Shown: positions 47,496 through 63,070, counted from the stretch's first letter. The stretch: DNA of 64,000 nucleotides from Escherichia coli (GCF_016026235.1 NZ_CP065613.1), one strand, 5' to 3'. The notes: generated from the sequence alone by a model not told the origin. Numbers and translations are program-made.

Positions 47496-48506
47496 TCAGA
47501 GGATGTGCACCTGCATTTCCGGGTCTTTGCGATCCAGGTAGTGGATGGACTGAATGCGGCGAATGGTGCGTGACTTGCCGCGGATCAGCAGCGTTTCGGT
47601 AGTCGCGATATTGCCTTTGCGGCTAATGCCTTCCAGCAGATCGCCTTTGGTAATACCGGTGGCAGAGAAGATGACGTTATCGCTGCGCGCCATATCGCCC
47701 AGACGCAATACTTTACCGGCTTCGATGCCCATCGCTTTGCAGCGTGCCAGCTCCTGCTCGCCAATGCGACGATTCTCTTCGTTGTCGCCTTTGACGTCAT
47801 GACGCGCCAGCAGACGACCGTTCATGTCGCCATCTAATGCGCGGATCACCGCCGCAGAAACCACGCCTTCCGGCGCGCCACCAATACCGTACAGCACGTC
47901 AACTTCGCTGTCTGGCATACAGGTGAGAATTGAGGCCGCAACGTCGCCATCCGGAATAGCAAATACGCGTACGCCGAGTTGCTGCATTTCAGCGATAACG
48001 GCATCGTGGCGTGGTTTAGCCAGAATCGTTACCGTCAGTTCGCTCAACGGTTTGCCGAGCGCCGCCGCGACATTGCGCAGGTTATCCGCCAGCGGCAGGT
48101 TCAGATCAATGGTGCCTTTGGCTCCCGGTCCGACGATCAGCTTCTCCATATACATATCTGGCGCGTTGAGGAAACAGCCTTTATCGCCTACTGCCAGCAC
48201 CGCCAGCGCGTTAGCCTGACCCATCGCCGTCATGCGCGTGCCTTCAATCGGATCAACAGCAATATCTACTGCGTCGCCGCGACCGGTACCGACTTTTTCA
48301 CCAATGTAGAGCATCGGTGCTTCGTCGATTTCACCTTCACCAATGACGATGGTGCCGTCAATGTTGACCTGGTTGAGCATAATACGCATGGCGTTTACCG
48401 CCGCGCCGTCCGCGGTGTTTTTATCGCCGCGTCCTAACCATTTGTAGCCAGCCAGCGCCGCTGATTCGGTGACGCGGGAAAATTCGATGGCAAGTTCTCG
48501 TCTCAT
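47496..48506 (-). CDS. glpX: class II fructose-1,6-bisphosphatase
   Basis: 336-aa ORF. Confidence 0.95.
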   Translation of the reverse strand: MRRELAIEFSRVTESAALAGYKWLGRGDKNTADGAAVNAMRIMLNQVNIDGTIVIGEGEIDEAPMLYIGEKVGTGRGDAVDIAVDPIEGTRMTAMGQANALAVLAVGDKGCFLNAPDMYMEKLIVGPGAKGTIDLNLPLADNLRNVAAALGKPLSELTVTILAKPRHDAVIAEMQQLGVRVFAIPDGDVAASILTCMPDSEVDVLYGIGGAPEGVVSAAVIRALDGDMNGRLLARHDVKGDNEENRRIGEQELARCKAMGIEAGKVLRLGDMARSDNVIFSATGITKGDLLEGISRKGNIATTETLLIRGKSRTIRRIQSIHYLDRKDPEMQVHIL

Positions 48507-48603
48507 AGCAAACTCTAAGCAGTAAGGAATGGCGCGAAGTGTAGCACAGGGGAAGGGAGGGATTATTGATGTGTGCGGGGTTGCCCCCGCACGGTTTCAG
48601 AGT

Positions 48604-48710
48604 CTGCGTGATGCCGGATGCGGCGTGAACGCCTTATCCCGCCTACACAAAATGGCATTGGCTCGTAGGCCTGATAAGACGCGTAAGCGTCGCATCAGGC
48701 GAGCAGCATC
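48604..48710. repeat. REP/BIME elements between glpK and glpX
   Basis: gccggatgcggcgtgaacgccttatcccgcctac ... taggcctgataagacgcgtaagcgtcgcatcaggc. Confidence 0.8.
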
Positions 48711-48735
48711 AGGCAATCGATTCAGGTGCCTGACA

Positions 48736-51112
<2,377 letters not shown>

Positions 51113-51400
51113 AATCGGATCCTGAAGAGTTAATGTTTGTTGTATGCGTGAAAGTCACGGACCTCCACGATGCTTGTAGGCATGCTGTAAACTTATCGTT
51201 AACGAGCAAAAACGAGAAATATCGAACTTAAAATGTGTGTGCTTCGTCATAAAATGAGCGTTATCGCGCCATTTATTCCATCTGATTGTACATGATGCAT
51301 GTTTGTTAGATCATTCGCGCAACAAATTTATTAACATTTTCGATTGATGTGGATTATGTCACCAGGAGAAGGATGAAAAGTGTGGCAAACCGTAATCTGC
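51113..51400 (-). promoter_or_regulatory. glpFKX promoter/operator region (GlpR and CRP control expected)
   Basis: AT-rich leader upstream of glpF containing cgaacttaaaatgtgtgtgcttcg-type operator-like repeats; assignment from known regulation, sites not individually resolved. Confidence 0.45.
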
Positions 51401-51474
51401 AAGGCGTGCCGCTGGACAGCGATGGCGCGGCTTCATACAATCGGAGCTAACTAAAGTGCGCTCGTATTTATTAA

Positions 51475-51783
<309 letters not shown>

Positions 51784-51797
51784 TCTCTTCCATGCAG

Positions 51798-51823
51798 AGG
51801 CGCCGCAAGGCGCCTTATTTTTT
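51798..51823 (+). terminator. rho-independent terminator of zapB
   Basis: Hairpin aggcgccgcaaggcgcct followed by a T-run. Confidence 0.8.
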
Positions 51824-52538
51824 ACTTCACTGTATTTTTAGCAGACAACATAATCTCCATCGCCTGTTGGCGATATTTATCTGCCGTATCTGGCTCCATT
51901 AATGCAATGATCCCCACAGCCCTGGGGGTGTCTTCAAGATAAACACTGATGGTTCTTTTCTGCTGACCATCAAAATTTATCAACACATCCTGATACTTAC
52001 AGGTGAAATGTTTGGCATTACAATCATGAAACTGGAAGGTTTCTTCATTGTATTGATCCTTGAGATTGTCTCGCTGCATCTTCTTTAACTCTTCCAGCGA
52101 GTCATCGGCGCTACGTCCTGCGGGCAGGCGGAAAGCAGAAATAAAGACGCTATTATCTTCACTTCTTATATCAATGGTTTTATCAGTACTAATAGAAACC
52201 GTATTCCAGTGTCGGTTTGGGACAGTCACGGAAATAGCTGCCTTCTCAAACGTATAGTGCCACGGGGTGAACAGACGAAACGTATTGCCGACGTTGGATA
52301 AAAGCAGGACTCCCAATACCCAACAGCACCCGCGAGTAAAACTGGCGAAGTTACGCGTTTTTTTAGTGAATGTGCACAGAATACCTGACACAAGCACGGG
52401 AAGTAATAACGGCCCAAGAAGTACTGAACCGATATACTCGCCAACCATCCCAGGATCTCCAGTAAGCAAGTTACTGTGCTGAAGATGACTAAGAAAAATG
52501 GTTATTATCCATAGTATTAATAAGATAACGTATCTCAT
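51822..52538 (-). CDS. hypothetical membrane-anchored protein (paralog 1 of tandem pair)
   Basis: 238-aa ORF starting ATG; N-terminal hydrophobic helices then soluble domain; paralogous to 52571..53257; lower GC than flanks; no K-12 gene recalled here. Confidence 0.65.
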   Translation of the reverse strand: MRYVILLILWIITIFLSHLQHSNLLTGDPGMVGEYIGSVLLGPLLLPVLVSGILCTFTKKTRNFASFTRGCCWVLGVLLLSNVGNTFRLFTPWHYTFEKAAISVTVPNRHWNTVSISTDKTIDIRSEDNSVFISAFRLPAGRSADDSLEELKKMQRDNLKDQYNEETFQFHDCNAKHFTCKYQDVLINFDGQQKRTISVYLEDTPRAVGIIALMEPDTADKYRQQAMEIMLSAKNTVK

Positions 52539-52570
52539 ATCAATCCATTATTATTAACATGCACATCAGA

Positions 52571-53257
52571 TCATTGACGAGCAGAAAGCATCATTTTCAT
52601 TACTTCTTCTTGATATTCGTCCAAATAATCTGGGTCGATAGCTGCGACCAGTTGTATCAAATTAGTGTTATCCAGTAGAGTCATGAAAATAGCATGTCTT
52701 ACTTTGCCATCACTCATTGTTTGCACTCCTTCCTGATAAGCGCAGGCAAATCCCTGAACATCACAAACATGCATTTCTGCAGTTCCGTTTTGAGTCGCGG
52801 TAAGTTCCTCGATTGAATGCACACCGAGTTCATTTTGTGAGAAGGCAACAATAGCTAAAATAGCATGGGCATCCCGGGTCACCAGGGTTGGTCCTTGTTT
52901 TACTATATTGGCAACCCACTGTTTGCTCGGAACCGTGACGGTGATACCTGGCTCCGGGAAAGTATAATCCCATATGCTGTGTCGTTCCCACACCGTATAG
53001 CTGCTATAGATAAGAAATAATCCCATTAACCAACAAGTGCCGCGAATAAAGCTGCGGCTGCTTCTTTTTTTTATCGTTATACAGATTATTGTGGCGATAA
53101 TAAATGATAAGGCAAGTGGGTTAAAAAATACGTTAGCAAAATATAAAATCATTTCACCCGCGTTGCCAGATAAAAGAAATTTGTAGCGGAAATGGTTAAC
53201 GGCTATAAGTAATAAATATATAAATAAAAGAATAATATTCTGCATGAATACGTCCAT
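52571..53257 (-). CDS. hypothetical membrane-anchored protein (paralog 2 of tandem pair)
   Basis: 228-aa ORF; shared motifs with paralog 1 (TVTVP, (R/K)xW, C-terminal (M/I)MLSA). Confidence 0.65.
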   Translation of the reverse strand: MDVFMQNIILLFIYLLLIAVNHFRYKFLLSGNAGEMILYFANVFFNPLALSFIIATIICITIKKRSSRSFIRGTCWLMGLFLIYSSYTVWERHSIWDYTFPEPGITVTVPSKQWVANIVKQGPTLVTRDAHAILAIVAFSQNELGVHSIEELTATQNGTAEMHVCDVQGFACAYQEGVQTMSDGKVRHAIFMTLLDNTNLIQLVAAIDPDYLDEYQEEVMKMMLSARQ

Positions 53258-53258
53258 G

Positions 53259-53292
53259 TATAAAAAAGGGGAATTTAATTCCCCTTTTAACG
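53259..53292 (-). terminator. rho-independent terminator of rraA
   Basis: Palindrome aaaaggggaatt/aattcccctttt followed on the reverse strand by a T-run; abuts the start codon of the inserted paralog. Confidence 0.7.
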
Positions 53293-53304
53293 CATGGCAG
53301 ATAC

Positions 53305-53790
53305 TTATTCAATATCCAGCGGATCTTCTGAAAGAATAATCCCGGTATTGTCGGCATAAAGATGGTCGCCGGAGAAGAAGGTAACACCGCCAAAATTGAC
53401 GCGGACATCGCTTTCGCCAATGCCTTCGCCAGCGGCACCAACCGGAATTGCCGCCATCGCCTGGATGCCGATATCCAACTCTTCCAGGTCATCTACCTGA
53501 CGCACCGCGCCGTAAATGACCAGACCTTCCCATTCATTTTGTACTGCCAGACGCGCCAGTTCAGCATCGACCAGTGCGCGACGAACAGAACCACCGCCAT
53601 CGACGACAAGAACACGACCACGGCCATTCTGTTCGAGCAGATCGTACAGCAACCCGTTGTCCTCGAAACATTTTACCGTGATTATTTGTCCGCCAAACGA
53701 CGCCCGTCCGCCAAAGTTGGAGAACAGCGGTTCCACGACGTTAACATCTTCTTGATAGATGTCACAAAGCTCGGAAGTATCGTATTTCAT
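53305..53790 (-). CDS. rraA: regulator of RNase E activity A
   Basis: 161-aa [16 protein letters not shown]... Confidence 0.95.
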
Positions 53791-53882
53791 AGGCTTAACA
53801 TTCAGTTGCTGCGAGAATTTTCAGTATATCGCGCTATGTGGTCTGTTGGCAAAATCATCAATTGTTAATTGATATTTGTCAG

Positions 53883-54809
53883 TTATGCTGCCCACTGGCT
53901 TAGGAATATCCCTACAACAAACAGCAGGTTAGTCAGTAACGCTCCCTTGACAGTGCGTTCCAGCATCGGTCGCATCGCCACCGGGTCCATTTCCCGCATC
54001 ACATAACGGGCTTGCTTCACCAGCAACGGTGCCGCCAGCAGGAACAGCCAGCCCCACAGGCTATGCAGCGAAAAGAGATTAAACAGCGCCAGACATACCA
54101 GAGAGCCCATCAGCAGGCAGGCATGATAACGACGCGCGTTCACTTCACCTAAGCGCACCACCAGCGTGTTTTTGCCGTTTTCGCGGTCGCTATTGATATC
54201 ACGCAGGTTATTAATGTTCAGTACTGCCGTTGCCAGCAGGCCGCATGCGGTCGCCGGAAGGATCAGTGCCGGAATCAATGTATGAGCCTGTAAATACCAG
54301 CTCCCCATGACGCTTAACCAGCCAAAGAAAACCAGTACGGAAATATCACCCAGACCGATATAACCATAAGGACGATTGCCCACGGTGTAGGTGATAGCGG
54401 CAATGATCGACAACCCGCCAAGAATCAGGAAACCGACAAAATCAGCCAGCGTATGGCATGCCACTGCAACCAGTGCCAGCCCGGAGAGACAGATGAGCAC
54501 GACGGTAATAATGAGCGCCCGTTTCATCTCTTGCTGGGTAATGACCCCTTTTTGCATGCCGCGTAGCGGCCCAATGCGGTCAGGTTTATCGCTGCCTTTT
54601 ACTGCATCGCCGTAATCATTGGCGAGGTTAGAAAGGATCTGTAATAGCCCGGCGGTAATCAGTGCCAGCAGGGCGACCAGCGGATCGAAGTGACCTTGCC
54701 ACCATGCCAGCGCTGTCCCGACGATAATTGCAGCAAAGGCGAGGGGGAGGGTTTTAGGTCGTAAACTTTCCAGCCACGCCTGAGTTCGGCTAATTTGTTG
54801 TTCAGTCAT
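53883..54809 (-). CDS. menA: 1,4-dihydroxy-2-naphthoate octaprenyltransferase
   Basis: ORF 53883..54821; start at MTEQQISRTQ; UbiA-type multi-TM. Confidence 0.9.
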   Translation of the reverse strand: MTEQQISRTQAWLESLRPKTLPLAFAAIIVGTALAWWQGHFDPLVALLALITAGLLQILSNLANDYGDAVKGSDKPDRIGPLRGMQKGVITQQEMKRALIITVVLICLSGLALVAVACHTLADFVGFLILGGLSIIAAITYTVGNRPYGYIGLGDISVLVFFGWLSVMGSWYLQAHTLIPALILPATACGLLATAVLNINNLRDINSDRENGKNTLVVRLGEVNARRYHACLLMGSLVCLALFNLFSLHSLWGWLFLLAAPLLVKQARYVMREMDPVAMRPMLERTVKGALLTNLLFVVGIFLSQWAA

Positions 54810-54820
54810 AATACGCGCCA

Positions 54821-54845
54821 ATAAAAATGGGGCCTTTCAGCCCCA
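54821..54845 (-). terminator. rho-independent terminator of hslVU
   Basis: Hairpin ggggc tgaaag gcccc then T-run on the reverse strand. Confidence 0.6.
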
Positions 54846-54875
54846 TCAAACAATGATGAAAATGATTGAACGCGA

Positions 54876-56207
54876 TTATAGGATAAAACGGCTCAGATCT
54901 TCATCTGCCACCAACGCATCCAGATGTTTGCTCACATAATCTGCGTCAATAGTGATATTTTGACCGCTTAAATCGCTGGCGTCGTAGGAAATCTCTTCCA
55001 TTAAACGCTCCAGAACAGTGTGTAAACGACGAGCACCGATGTTTTCGGTAGATTCGTTCACCTGCCATGCCGCTTCCGCGATGCGTTTAATACCGGAGTC
55101 GGTAAACTCGATATTTACGCCTTCAGTCGCCATCAGTGCTTTGTACTGCACGGTGATAGAGGCATTCGGCTCGGTCAGAATACGCTCGAAGTCGCTGGTG
55201 GTCAGCGCCTGCAGTTCAACGCGGATTGGCAGACGACCTTGCAGTTCCGGGATCAGGTCAGACGGTTTCGCAATCTGGAACGCGCCAGAAGCGATAAACA
55301 GAATGTGGTCAGTTTTGACCATCCCGTGTTTGGTGGAAACGGTGCAACCTTCTACCAGCGGCAGCAGGTCACGCTGAACACCTTCACGAGAAACATCCGG
55401 ACCGGAAGACTCGCCGCGCTTACAGATTTTGTCGATTTCGTCGATAAACACGATCCCGTGCTGCTCAACAGCGTCGATAGCGTCTTGCTTCAGCTCTTCC
55501 GGGTTCACCAGTTTCGCCGCTTCTTCTTCAATCAGCAGCTTCATGGCGTCTTTGATTTTCAGCTTACGCGCTTTTTGCTTCTGACCGCCCAGGTTCTGGA
55601 ACATGGACTGCAGCTGGCTGGTCATCTCTTCCATGCCCGGAGGAGCCATAATTTCAACGCCCATCGGTGCTGCGGCAAGATCGATCTCGATTTCTTTGTC
55701 ATCAAGCTGGCCTTCACGCAGTTTTTTGCGGAATGCCTGACGAGCAGCGGACGGTTCCTGCTGCTGTTCGGTCTGTCCCCAGTTGTTTTTAGCCGGTGGG
55801 ATCAGCACGTCGAGAATACGTTCTTCTGCCAGTTCTTCAGCGCGATAACGGTTTTTCTCGATAGCCTGGACGCGTACCATTTTTACGGCGGCATCGGTCA
55901 GATCGCGAATAATAGAATCCACTTCCTTACCGACGTAGCCCACTTCGGTGAATTTGGTCGCTTCAACTTTGATGAACGGCGCATTCGCCAGCTTAGCCAG
56001 ACGACGGGCGATTTCAGTTTTACCGACACCGGTCGGGCCGATCATCAGGATATTTTTCGGGGTCACTTCATGGCGCAGCTCTTCGTTGAGCTGCATGCGA
56101 CGCCAGCGGTTACGCAGAGCAATCGCCACAGAACGCTTGGCGTTGTCCTGGCCGATGATGTGCTTATCCAGTTCGCTGACGATTTCGCGTGGGGTCATTT
56201 CAGACAT
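54876..56207 (-). CDS. hslU: ATP-dependent protease ATPase subunit HslU
   Basis: 443-aa ORF; Walker A GPTGVGKT. Confidence 0.95.
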
Positions 56208-56216
56208 GGGAGATCC

Positions 56217-56747
56217 TTACGCTTTGTAGCTTAATTCTTCGATGGTGTGGAAATGGTTGGTATAGATGCAAATGTCGCCTGCAATATCCAACGCCTTTTC
56301 AGCAATTTCACGGGCGCTAAGTTCAGTGTTTTCTAACAGCGCGCGCGCCGCAGCCTGGGCGTAAGGGCCGCCGGAGCCGATAGCAATAAGATCGTTTTCT
56401 GGCTGCACCACGTCACCGTTACCGGTGATGATAAGCGATGCAGTTTCATCCGCGACTGCCAGCAGTGCTTCAAGTTTGCGCAGCATGCGATCGGTACGCC
56501 AGTCTTTTGCCAGCTCAACGGCGGCTTTAACCAGATGGCCCTGATGCATTTCCAGTTTACGTTCAAACAGTTCGAACAGCGTAAAAGCATCCGCAGTACC
56601 GCCCGCAAAGCCCGCGATGACTTTGTCGTTGTACAGACGGCGGACCTTTTTCACGTTGCCTTTCATTACGGTATTGCCCAACGTGGCCTGACCATCACCA
56701 GCGATGACCACATGGCCGTTACGGCGTACGCTTACTATAGTTGTCAC
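56217..56747 (-). CDS. hslV: ATP-dependent protease subunit HslV
   Basis: 176-aa [14 protein letters not shown]; Thr at position 2. Confidence 0.95.
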
Positions 56748-56814
56748 GAGCTGACCCCTTGGTTACGAATACAGAGTACAAACCCCGTACAAAAGTACGG
56801 GGCATAATGCAATT

Positions 56815-56846
56815 ATAGATGGGGGGGATTTTGAGGGTTTCAACCC
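56815..56846 (-). promoter_or_regulatory. sigma-32 heat-shock promoter of hslVU
   Basis: Reverse strand reads gTTGAAAccctcaaaatcccCCCCATCTat, matching -35 TTGAAA and -10 CCCCATNT; overlaps the ftsN 3' end. Confidence 0.6.
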
Positions 56847-57799
56847 CCGGCGGCGAGCCGAATGCAGTTTGTATGACCCGCCATCTTCAACCGATTGAGG
56901 GTGCTGTCTGCGTTCTCTTTGCCTTTCACCGGGCCAATGACCACACGATTCCAGCCATTGTTGGTGGTAATTTTTGAGTCAAAGCCTTCGAACGCCAGCT
57001 GAGCACGTACCGTCTCTGCCTGTTCCGCGCCTCTGAACGAACCGCACTGCACCATCCAGCGGCGTTCGTCTTTTTTCTCCGCCGTCGGTTTTGGCGCGTC
57101 AGCGGCACGAGTAACCGGCGCAGCTTGCTGCGGCTTCGACTGCGCGGTCGTGTGCGCAGGGGTTTGCAGCAGATCCTGGTACGGCTGCTGAGTAGAAGCC
57201 GGTTTAGACTGGCGCGGTTGCGCTTGTACCGGCGCGGCTTGCGACGTACGCGTCTGCTGCTGCCAGCTTTGTTCAGTCGTACGCGACTGCTGAGCCAGGC
57301 GTTGCTGTTCCGCTAATTGCTGCGCCTGACGTTGGCGCTGTAGCGTTTGCTGACGCTGTTCCGGCGTCTGTTCATTCCACGGAACCTCAACCAGCTGCGT
57401 TGGCTGCTGGCGCATATCAGCCTGCATTTGTTCAAGAAGCTGACGTTGTTCTGGTGTCAGTTGCTCCGGCGTTTTCACTTCACCACCAGCAGAAGGTTCT
57501 GTGGGCGCACGCACACCCGGCTGGCGACTTTCCAGCTCTTTGATGTAGCGCCAGCGTTCTTCTGGTTTTGGTGGTAGTCCGTTTCCGGTCACTTTCTGGC
57601 TTTGCAGCGTCTCGGACTCTTCTTTCTTGTGATGCGTAATGAAGTACAGACCACCGATAAAGGTCACAAGAACGGCGGCAGCAATAGCGACCATAGCGGG
57701 AGAAACCGCAGGCAGATTTCGTTGCTTTTTCCGTGAGGTGCTCTTTTTTCGCCGCGAAGGTGCCGGTTGGCTGCGGCGTACATAATCTCGTTGTGCCAC
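56840..57799 (-). CDS. ftsN: cell-division protein FtsN
   Basis: 319-aa ORF; N-terminal TM, Gln/Pro-rich linker, C-terminal SPOR domain. Confidence 0.95.
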   Translation of the reverse strand: MAQRDYVRRSQPAPSRRKKSTSRKKQRNLPAVSPAMVAIAAAVLVTFIGGLYFITHHKKEESETLQSQKVTGNGLPPKPEERWRYIKELESRQPGVRAPTEPSAGGEVKTPEQLTPEQRQLLEQMQADMRQQPTQLVEVPWNEQTPEQRQQTLQRQRQAQQLAEQQRLAQQSRTTEQSWQQQTRTSQAAPVQAQPRQSKPASTQQPYQDLLQTPAHTTAQSKPQQAAPVTRAADAPKPTAEKKDERRWMVQCGSFRGAEQAETVRAQLAFEGFDSKITTNNGWNRVVIGPVKGKENADSTLNRLKMAGHTNCIRLAAGG

Positions 57800-57890
57800 T
57801 ATCGTTTCGCTGTATTTATTCGTTCGTCAGCCCGCCATGTTACTTAAGCGGCGGGCCTTTGACCAGTCACGGCAGTCTTAAAGGTTTACT

Positions 57891-58916
57891 TTAAGGTAAC
57901 GCGCGTGTTGATCCCCGGATGATAAGTTCGCAGTCCATTAAACGAGAGCCACTGCCAACGTGTTGCCCCTGCATTTGATCAAGCAATAACAGCATAGCTT
58001 CCCGACCGATTTCGTAACGCGGCTGCGCGATGGTTGTCAGCGGCGGATCACAAAATTGCGTCAGGTCGATGTTATCAAAACCGATTATGGAAAGGTCTTC
58101 CGGGACTTTCAGCCCCTGGCGTTTTGCCTGAGAAAGTGCGCCGAGCGCCATCACATCGCTATGGCAGAAGACAGCAGTAGGCGGTTGTGGAAGATCAAGC
58201 AGCTGCTGCATCGCTTTGCTTCCGGCTTCGAAGGTGAAGTCGCCACGGGCGATGTATTGCGGATCAACCATAATGCCGCAGCGACGCAGCGCCTGAACGT
58301 AACCTTGCAGGCGGTAGTGACACAGCGGCATCTCTTCGGGACCGGCTATACAGCCAATCCGTTTATGCCCTTGCTCATATAAATAATTTACTGCATCAAA
58401 TGCGGCGGTCAGATTGTCGATATGAACGGTAGGCAGCTCCAGTTCCGGTGCAAATTCGTTCGCCATCACCATCGGCGGCAGATTACGCTGTTCCTCAATG
58501 CTGGCATCAAACGGCAGCCTTGAACCCAGCAGCAACATGCCATCAATTTGCTTGGTGATGATCAAATCGATAAAGGTTTTTTCCTGCTGATTTTGATGCG
58601 CACAGTCGCCTATCAGCACCAGATATCCGTGATTTGCCGCCGTAACTTCGATACCGCGAATAATTTCGCTAAAGAAGGGATCGCAGATATCCGGGACAAT
58701 CACCAGAATGGTGCGGGATTCATTACGCTTGACGTTGCGCCCCATAGGCTGCGGTAAATAACCCACTTCCCGGGCCGCTTTTTCAACCCGATTACGGGTG
58801 GCATGGGAGACTTTATCGGGATTCATTAATGCTCGGGAGACAGTCGCTGTAGAGACTTTTGCCTTGAGGGCAACGTCTTTCATGGTCGCGGCAGTTTCCT
58901 GCTTCTTCGCTTTCAC
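57891..58916 (-). CDS. cytR: LacI-family repressor CytR
   Basis: ORF 57891..58922; start placed at GTG 58916 (MKAKKQETAATMKDVA, 341 aa). Confidence 0.9.
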   Translation of the reverse strand: MKAKKQETAATMKDVALKAKVSTATVSRALMNPDKVSHATRNRVEKAAREVGYLPQPMGRNVKRNESRTILVIVPDICDPFFSEIIRGIEVTAANHGYLVLIGDCAHQNQQEKTFIDLIITKQIDGMLLLGSRLPFDASIEEQRNLPPMVMANEFAPELELPTVHIDNLTAAFDAVNYLYEQGHKRIGCIAGPEEMPLCHYRLQGYVQALRRCGIMVDPQYIARGDFTFEAGSKAMQQLLDLPQPPTAVFCHSDVMALGALSQAKRQGLKVPEDLSIIGFDNIDLTQFCDPPLTTIAQPRYEIGREAMLLLLDQMQGQHVGSGSRLMDCELIIRGSTRALP

Positions 58917-59071
58917 ACTCACTCCTCGCCTGGCACGTCAGGCGTACTACATCCATGTTTACTTCACATCGGCAACATTTTTAGCAGATAGCGCGTGAAA
59001 ACGGTTACAGAATTTTCATGAAAAGTGTGATGAATATTGAATTTTTCGATCCGCCTCGCATCGTGAGCGGT

Positions 59072-61429
<2,358 letters not shown>

Positions 61430-61433
61430 TTAG

Positions 61434-61685
<252 letters not shown>

Positions 61686-61699
61686 GACCGGATTTCCGA

Positions 61700-61726
61700 A
61701 AAAAGCGCCGCACGGCGCTTTTTTTG
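61700..61726. terminator. bidirectional rho-independent terminator between rpmE and yiiX
   Basis: aaaaa gcgccg cacg gcgc ttttttt: hairpin flanked by an A-run and a T-run. Confidence 0.8.
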
Positions 61727-61745
61727 TGCCTGAATTTTGGTCGTA

Positions 61746-62354
61746 TCACCACGAAAACAGCGGCCATTCTTTGGCGACAGTGGTGAGTTGTGGCGCATCG
61801 AAAACGGCTTGTGGTGAGACCACCGTTTCCTCAAGCGGGATATTTTTGCCGTAGCGTTCTTTGAGCTTTGCCTGAACCAGCGGGTTGCTGAGATCGAACT
61901 CTTTCAACTTCTGCTGCTCGCCCACGCGCATTCCCAGCGCGTTCTGGTAAACCTTCCACACCACTTCCGAACAGTACTGGCGATCGTCGCTCCATGAGAA
62001 GCTGAAATCATACGGTTTACCGAGATAACGTTTTGTCGTTTGCGCCAGTTTTTGCTGTTGTTCAACACTCAGTCCGCCTTCAACGCGGCGAACGACGTAT
62101 TTGCCCTTTTCACCATGGGCGATCCACTGCTTGAGCGGGGTGTATTTCACCGGGCCGACCGCTTCAAAAACGTAGGGCTTTTTGTTGCGTATCACCAGCA
62201 TACCGGTGTGGCTGTAATCGGAATGGGTCGCCAGTTGGATCGCTTTACTTTGCGATGAGCGAGAGATTTGAAAGATGATGTCGCCGGTTTGCGGCTGCCA
62301 GGCAAAGGCAGGTACAGAAACCAGCAGGCTGAGGATCAGCAGCCTGTTTTTCAT
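61746..62354 (-). CDS. yiiX: secreted protein of unknown function
   Basis: 202-aa ORF with signal peptide. Confidence 0.8.
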   Translation of the reverse strand: MKNRLLILSLLVSVPAFAWQPQTGDIIFQISRSSQSKAIQLATHSDYSHTGMLVIRNKKPYVFEAVGPVKYTPLKQWIAHGEKGKYVVRRVEGGLSVEQQQKLAQTTKRYLGKPYDFSFSWSDDRQYCSEVVWKVYQNALGMRVGEQQKLKEFDLSNPLVQAKLKERYGKNIPLEETVVSPQAVFDAPQLTTVAKEWPLFSW

Positions 62355-62409
62355 AGTTAAACGTCCATGTATAAAAAGCGGTGGGTCGCAGACAACGTGC
62401 TCGTTGTTT

Positions 62410-62510
62410 ATGCCGGATGCGGCGTGAACGCCTTATCCGGCCTACAAGTTCGTGCAAATTCAATAAATTGCAATATGACGTAGGCCTGATAAGCGTAGCG
62501 CATCAGGCGA
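62410..62510. repeat. REP/BIME elements
   Basis: gccggatgcggcgtgaacgccttatccggcctac ... taggcctgataagcgtagcgcatcaggc. Confidence 0.8.
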
Positions 62511-62537
62511 TTCCACTCCGCGCCGCTCATTTCCGCT

Positions 62538-62855
62538 TTAGTATTCCCACGTCTCCGGGTTAATCCCCATCTCACGCATGATCTCTTTTGCCGCTTCCGG
62601 GATTTCGTCGCTGCGCTCTTTACGCAGATCGGCATCATCCGGCAAAGGTTGCCCGGTAAAGGCATGCAGAAACGCTTCGCACAGCAGCTCGCTGTTGGTA
62701 GCGTGACGCAGGTTGTTCACCTGACGACGCGTGCGTTCATCGGTGAGGATTTTTAACACCTTAAGAGGAATGGAAACCGTAATCTTTTTGACTTGTTCAC
62801 TCTTCTTGCCGTGCTCAGCGTATGGGCTGATATATTCGCCGCTCCATTCAGCCAT
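62538..62855 (-). CDS. metJ: methionine repressor (ribbon-helix-helix)
   Basis: ORF track opens at 62993; start at [18 protein letters not shown] (105 aa). Confidence 0.95.
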
Positions 62856-63043
62856 GAGATACTTAATCCTCTTCGTCAATAAATTGAGATCAGACCACAC
62901 AATTAATGTAGGTACTGACCGTAAACCCGCATAGTTTACCGTACAGGCGTTACCGTGACATCGTGTAATGCACCTGTCGGCGTGATAATGCATATAATTT
63001 TAACGGCTATTTGGGATTTGCTCAATCTATACGCAAAGAAGTT

Positions 63044-63070
63044 TAGATGTCCAGATGTATTGACGTCCAT
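63044..63070. promoter_or_regulatory. tandem MetJ boxes in the metB promoter
   Basis: tAGATGTCCAGATGTATTGACGTCcat: tandem 8-bp units related to AGACGTCT. Confidence 0.7.

Noticed and set aside
55239-56234. 331-aa plus-strand ORF antisense to hslU
   Set aside because: Lies entirely within conserved hslU on the opposite strand; low-complexity translation
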